A stretch of 64,000 nt of DNA, from contig NW_026515670.1 in the NCBI RefSeq assembly GCF_025526975.1, positions 1,178,001-1,242,000 of the forward strand, written 5' to 3'. The position numbers were made by a program, and so were the translations under genes. The notes below the pieces were generated by a model. That model was not told the origin of the DNA, made no database searches, and saw nothing but the letters and a program-made list of their open reading frames with translations. Shown here one piece after another: positions 61,313 through 64,000 of the stretch (the first letter of the stretch is position 1; each line of letters begins with the position of its first letter). The DNA comes from Fimicolochytrium jonesii. Its lineage: Eukaryota.

Positions 61313-64000
61313 ATGAGCAGCCCTAGTGAACCTCACTTCTGGAACCAACCCCCAGGGGCACCCGCAGCGCCGACGGTTCCTACGTCCAACATTCCGAACT
61401 TGGGAGTAACCTCAGCATCTGCGCCTTTGCCACCTTCTTTGCCCACATCCTCAACTGTACAGCAGCAACAGCCACAAGGCTCTGCGTCTGGGCAGCTGCT
61501 TGGCATCTCACCATTTCCGGCTGCGCCAGATACTAATGGCAAGACGCTTTCGAGCACCCCGTTTTCATATGGTTCCAGGTGAGAGGCTTAGCAGGGGGCT
61601 ATGGCCGTGCCTGGGGGGGCTGGGGGAACGGCATTTACGTCCCGCAGGGGTTACATGCAACGCGTTCTGACCCTTTCGTTCTGTCTGTTTGACCTTTTCA
61701 GCTCGGCTCTGCCACCTCCGCCATCCGCAAGTTCTATGTACTCCTCGCCAATTCCTCCCCCGGACGTTCAGGATGGACGTCGCATGAGCCTGAACCATCA
61801 CCCAATGCCATCGCTTCAGGAGCCAATGATGTCCCCACCGGCAGGTGCAACTGTCCCTGGTCTCCCATCAGGAGGCGGGGCGTCGCCTATGGAGTTGAGC
61901 TCTGCAGAGTCGCACGTATTGGGAGGTCCCCACGGTGGATCGCAGGAATACAGACCGTTGAATGTCAAGGATGCTTTGTCGTACCTTGATCAAGTGAAGA
62001 TCCAGTTCAACGATCAGCCTGAAGTGTACAATCGGTTCTTGGACATCATGAAGGATTTCAAGTCTCAAGCGTATGTGCCATCGTGGGTTTTCCCTGGCAA
62101 AACGGTAGAAACTTACGTCGTACTCTTTTGACAGCCTTGATACTCCTGGAGTTATCAGGAGAGTGTCCGGCCTCTTCCGTGAGCATCCGGAGTTGATCAG
62201 CGGTTTCAATACCTTCCTTCCGCATGGCTATAGAATCGAGCCTGGTCCGAACGGCGAAGTTAAAGTGACCACTCCTCGTGACGCGCCGCCATACACGGAG
62301 AGTGTGAGCGGACTGCAATCGCTGGGCGAGGGTGCTACGTCTGTCTCCAACGGGACCGCCTTACTTGGGAACCCTTCGATTCCGATTCCGGGATACTTTG
62401 GCTCGAGTGGCCTCAACAGCTATCCGCCTGGACCACTGTCCGCCCTACAGATACCCCCTTCAATCCCGCAGGGACCGATACCACCGCCACCATCGTACAG
62501 CGCCGCGATTACCAGTGCGTCCAATATCATCAACTCTATGCAATCGCATGGAAGCATGCTTGGACAAGGTCCGGCGCCGCCTGGGTCCAAACCACCTGGT
62601 GATGACCGCCGTCCACCGGTCGAGTTTAACCACGCAATCAACTATGTCAACAAGATTAAGGTATGTTTCTTGATGGTATCCTCGTTTCAAGTATCCCACA
62701 CTGAATGCGCTTCCACCGCCAATAGAACCGCTTCTCTTCTGAGCCTGAGACGTACAAGCATTTCCTGGAGATTTTGCAGACGTATCAGAAAGAGCAAAAG
62801 CCTATTCAAGAGGTGCTTTGTCGTATGGCCGCCTGAAAACTTGGAAACAACTCATTTTCTCATCGCTTCTCCGACCCTAGGTTTATGCACAGGTTCAGAT
62901 CCTCTTCAATGGCGCAAATGATTTGCTGGATGAGTTCAAGCAATTCTTGCCAGAACATGGCAACGCCAACCCATTGGGTGGATTCGGCCGCCCCTGCGGT
63001 TTGCCCGTTTTAAGCACAATCAACGGCATGGCGGTGCCTCAAGTCCAGACGTCCAGCGGAGCGAAATCCACGTCTCAGGTCACCGGGTCCGGCAAGAAAC
63101 AACAGAGAAGGCCCGCGCCAATGACGGGTAGCGGAGCATCCTCCGTTGCCGGTGGAATCGCTCCAGGAACCACGCCCGGCCCGATCCCTCTACCGCCGCC
63201 GAAGAAGAAAGCTAAAATCGGCAGACCATCCGAAAAACCCAGCACGATCGAGGAGCTTGATTTCTTTGACAAGTGCAAGAAAGTCATCAACAACAAAACC
63301 ACTTACAACGAGTTTTTGAAGATTCTGAATTTGTTCAGTCAGGAAATTATCGAGGCTAAAGTGTTGGTTGAGCGCATCGAGCCGTTCCTGAACCGTGCGC
63401 CTGACCTTCTTGACTGGTTCAAGAAGTTCGTCAAGTATGAAGATGACGAAGTTATCTGTATGTCGTTGTATTCCTCTGCAGCAATGCAACCTTTTTGGCT
63501 GATTTCTGACCTCCGATATACTGTCCACAGACAATATTCCTGCGGAGCGCCCGGACATGAACGTGAACAGCCTCCGGCGGCTCGGGCACAGTTACCGCCA
63601 ATTGCCAGCAGACGTAAGCATCCATTGCTCTGTTCTATGCCGCGACACCTAGCTGATCAATGTATCGTCTCAAACCCTCAAAACGCAGGTGCCACGACCA
63701 AAATGCTCCGGCCGGGACGACCTCTGCAATGAAGTCCTAAACGACGAATGGATCAGTCACCCAGTTTACGTCTCCGAAACGGGTTTTGTCAGCCACAAGA
63801 AGACGCAATTTGAAGAGGCTCTCCACAAATGTGAAGAAGAGCGTTACGAGTTTGACATGAACATCCAGTCCAACTTGCATGTCATTGGGCTTTTGGAGCC
63901 GATAGCGAAGAAGATCCAGGCGATGGGTATCGATGAGAGGAATCGGCTGAAGTATTCCAATGGGTTACCAGGTATCTGAGATGTTGCTTTATGTGGCTAG
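61313..64000 (+). CDS. SIN3: Sin3 transcriptional co-repressor, 3'-truncated by the window edge
   Basis: PAH1 [22 protein letters not shown]2 [18 protein letters not shown]3 [12 protein letters not shown] and HDAC-interaction domain [20 protein letters not shown]. Confidence 0.97.

Overview
Intron-rich eukaryotic DNA (short GT-AG introns, roughly 50-55% GC by eye). It is fungal and probably from an early-diverging zoosporic lineage such as a chytrid (inference from the CNG channel, divergent EED and a lineage-type repeat protein). The left third is a metal-handling neighbourhood: the 3' part of a ferrichrome-type siderophore NRPS, RLI1, NUP85, an AIF/AMID-like flavoprotein head-to-head with a siderophore MFS transporter, and ATX1. 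The rest holds a hybrid histidine kinase, tRNA-Leu(CAG) plus a decayed copy, a divergent EED/ESC, UBC12, a 1743-aa protein with a repeated unknown domain, a PAM2-motif protein, tRNA-Gln(TTG), a Sel1-repeat protein, HMG-CoA synthase, a CNG-type channel, RPP0 and the start of SIN3. Strongest leads: (1) the NRPS ends in three complete A-T-C modules with hydroxyornithine-like codes instead of the usual A-T-C-T-C-T-C, so it looks colinear and possibly makes an asymmetric product; (2) an intergenic CCCTAACCCTAAC enclosed by a long-range helix, a candidate telomerase RNA; (3) a four-copy hairpin array with a compensatory change; (4) a thrice-repeated unnamed domain. Exon boundaries, specificity codes and RNA pairings were read by eye and are approximate.
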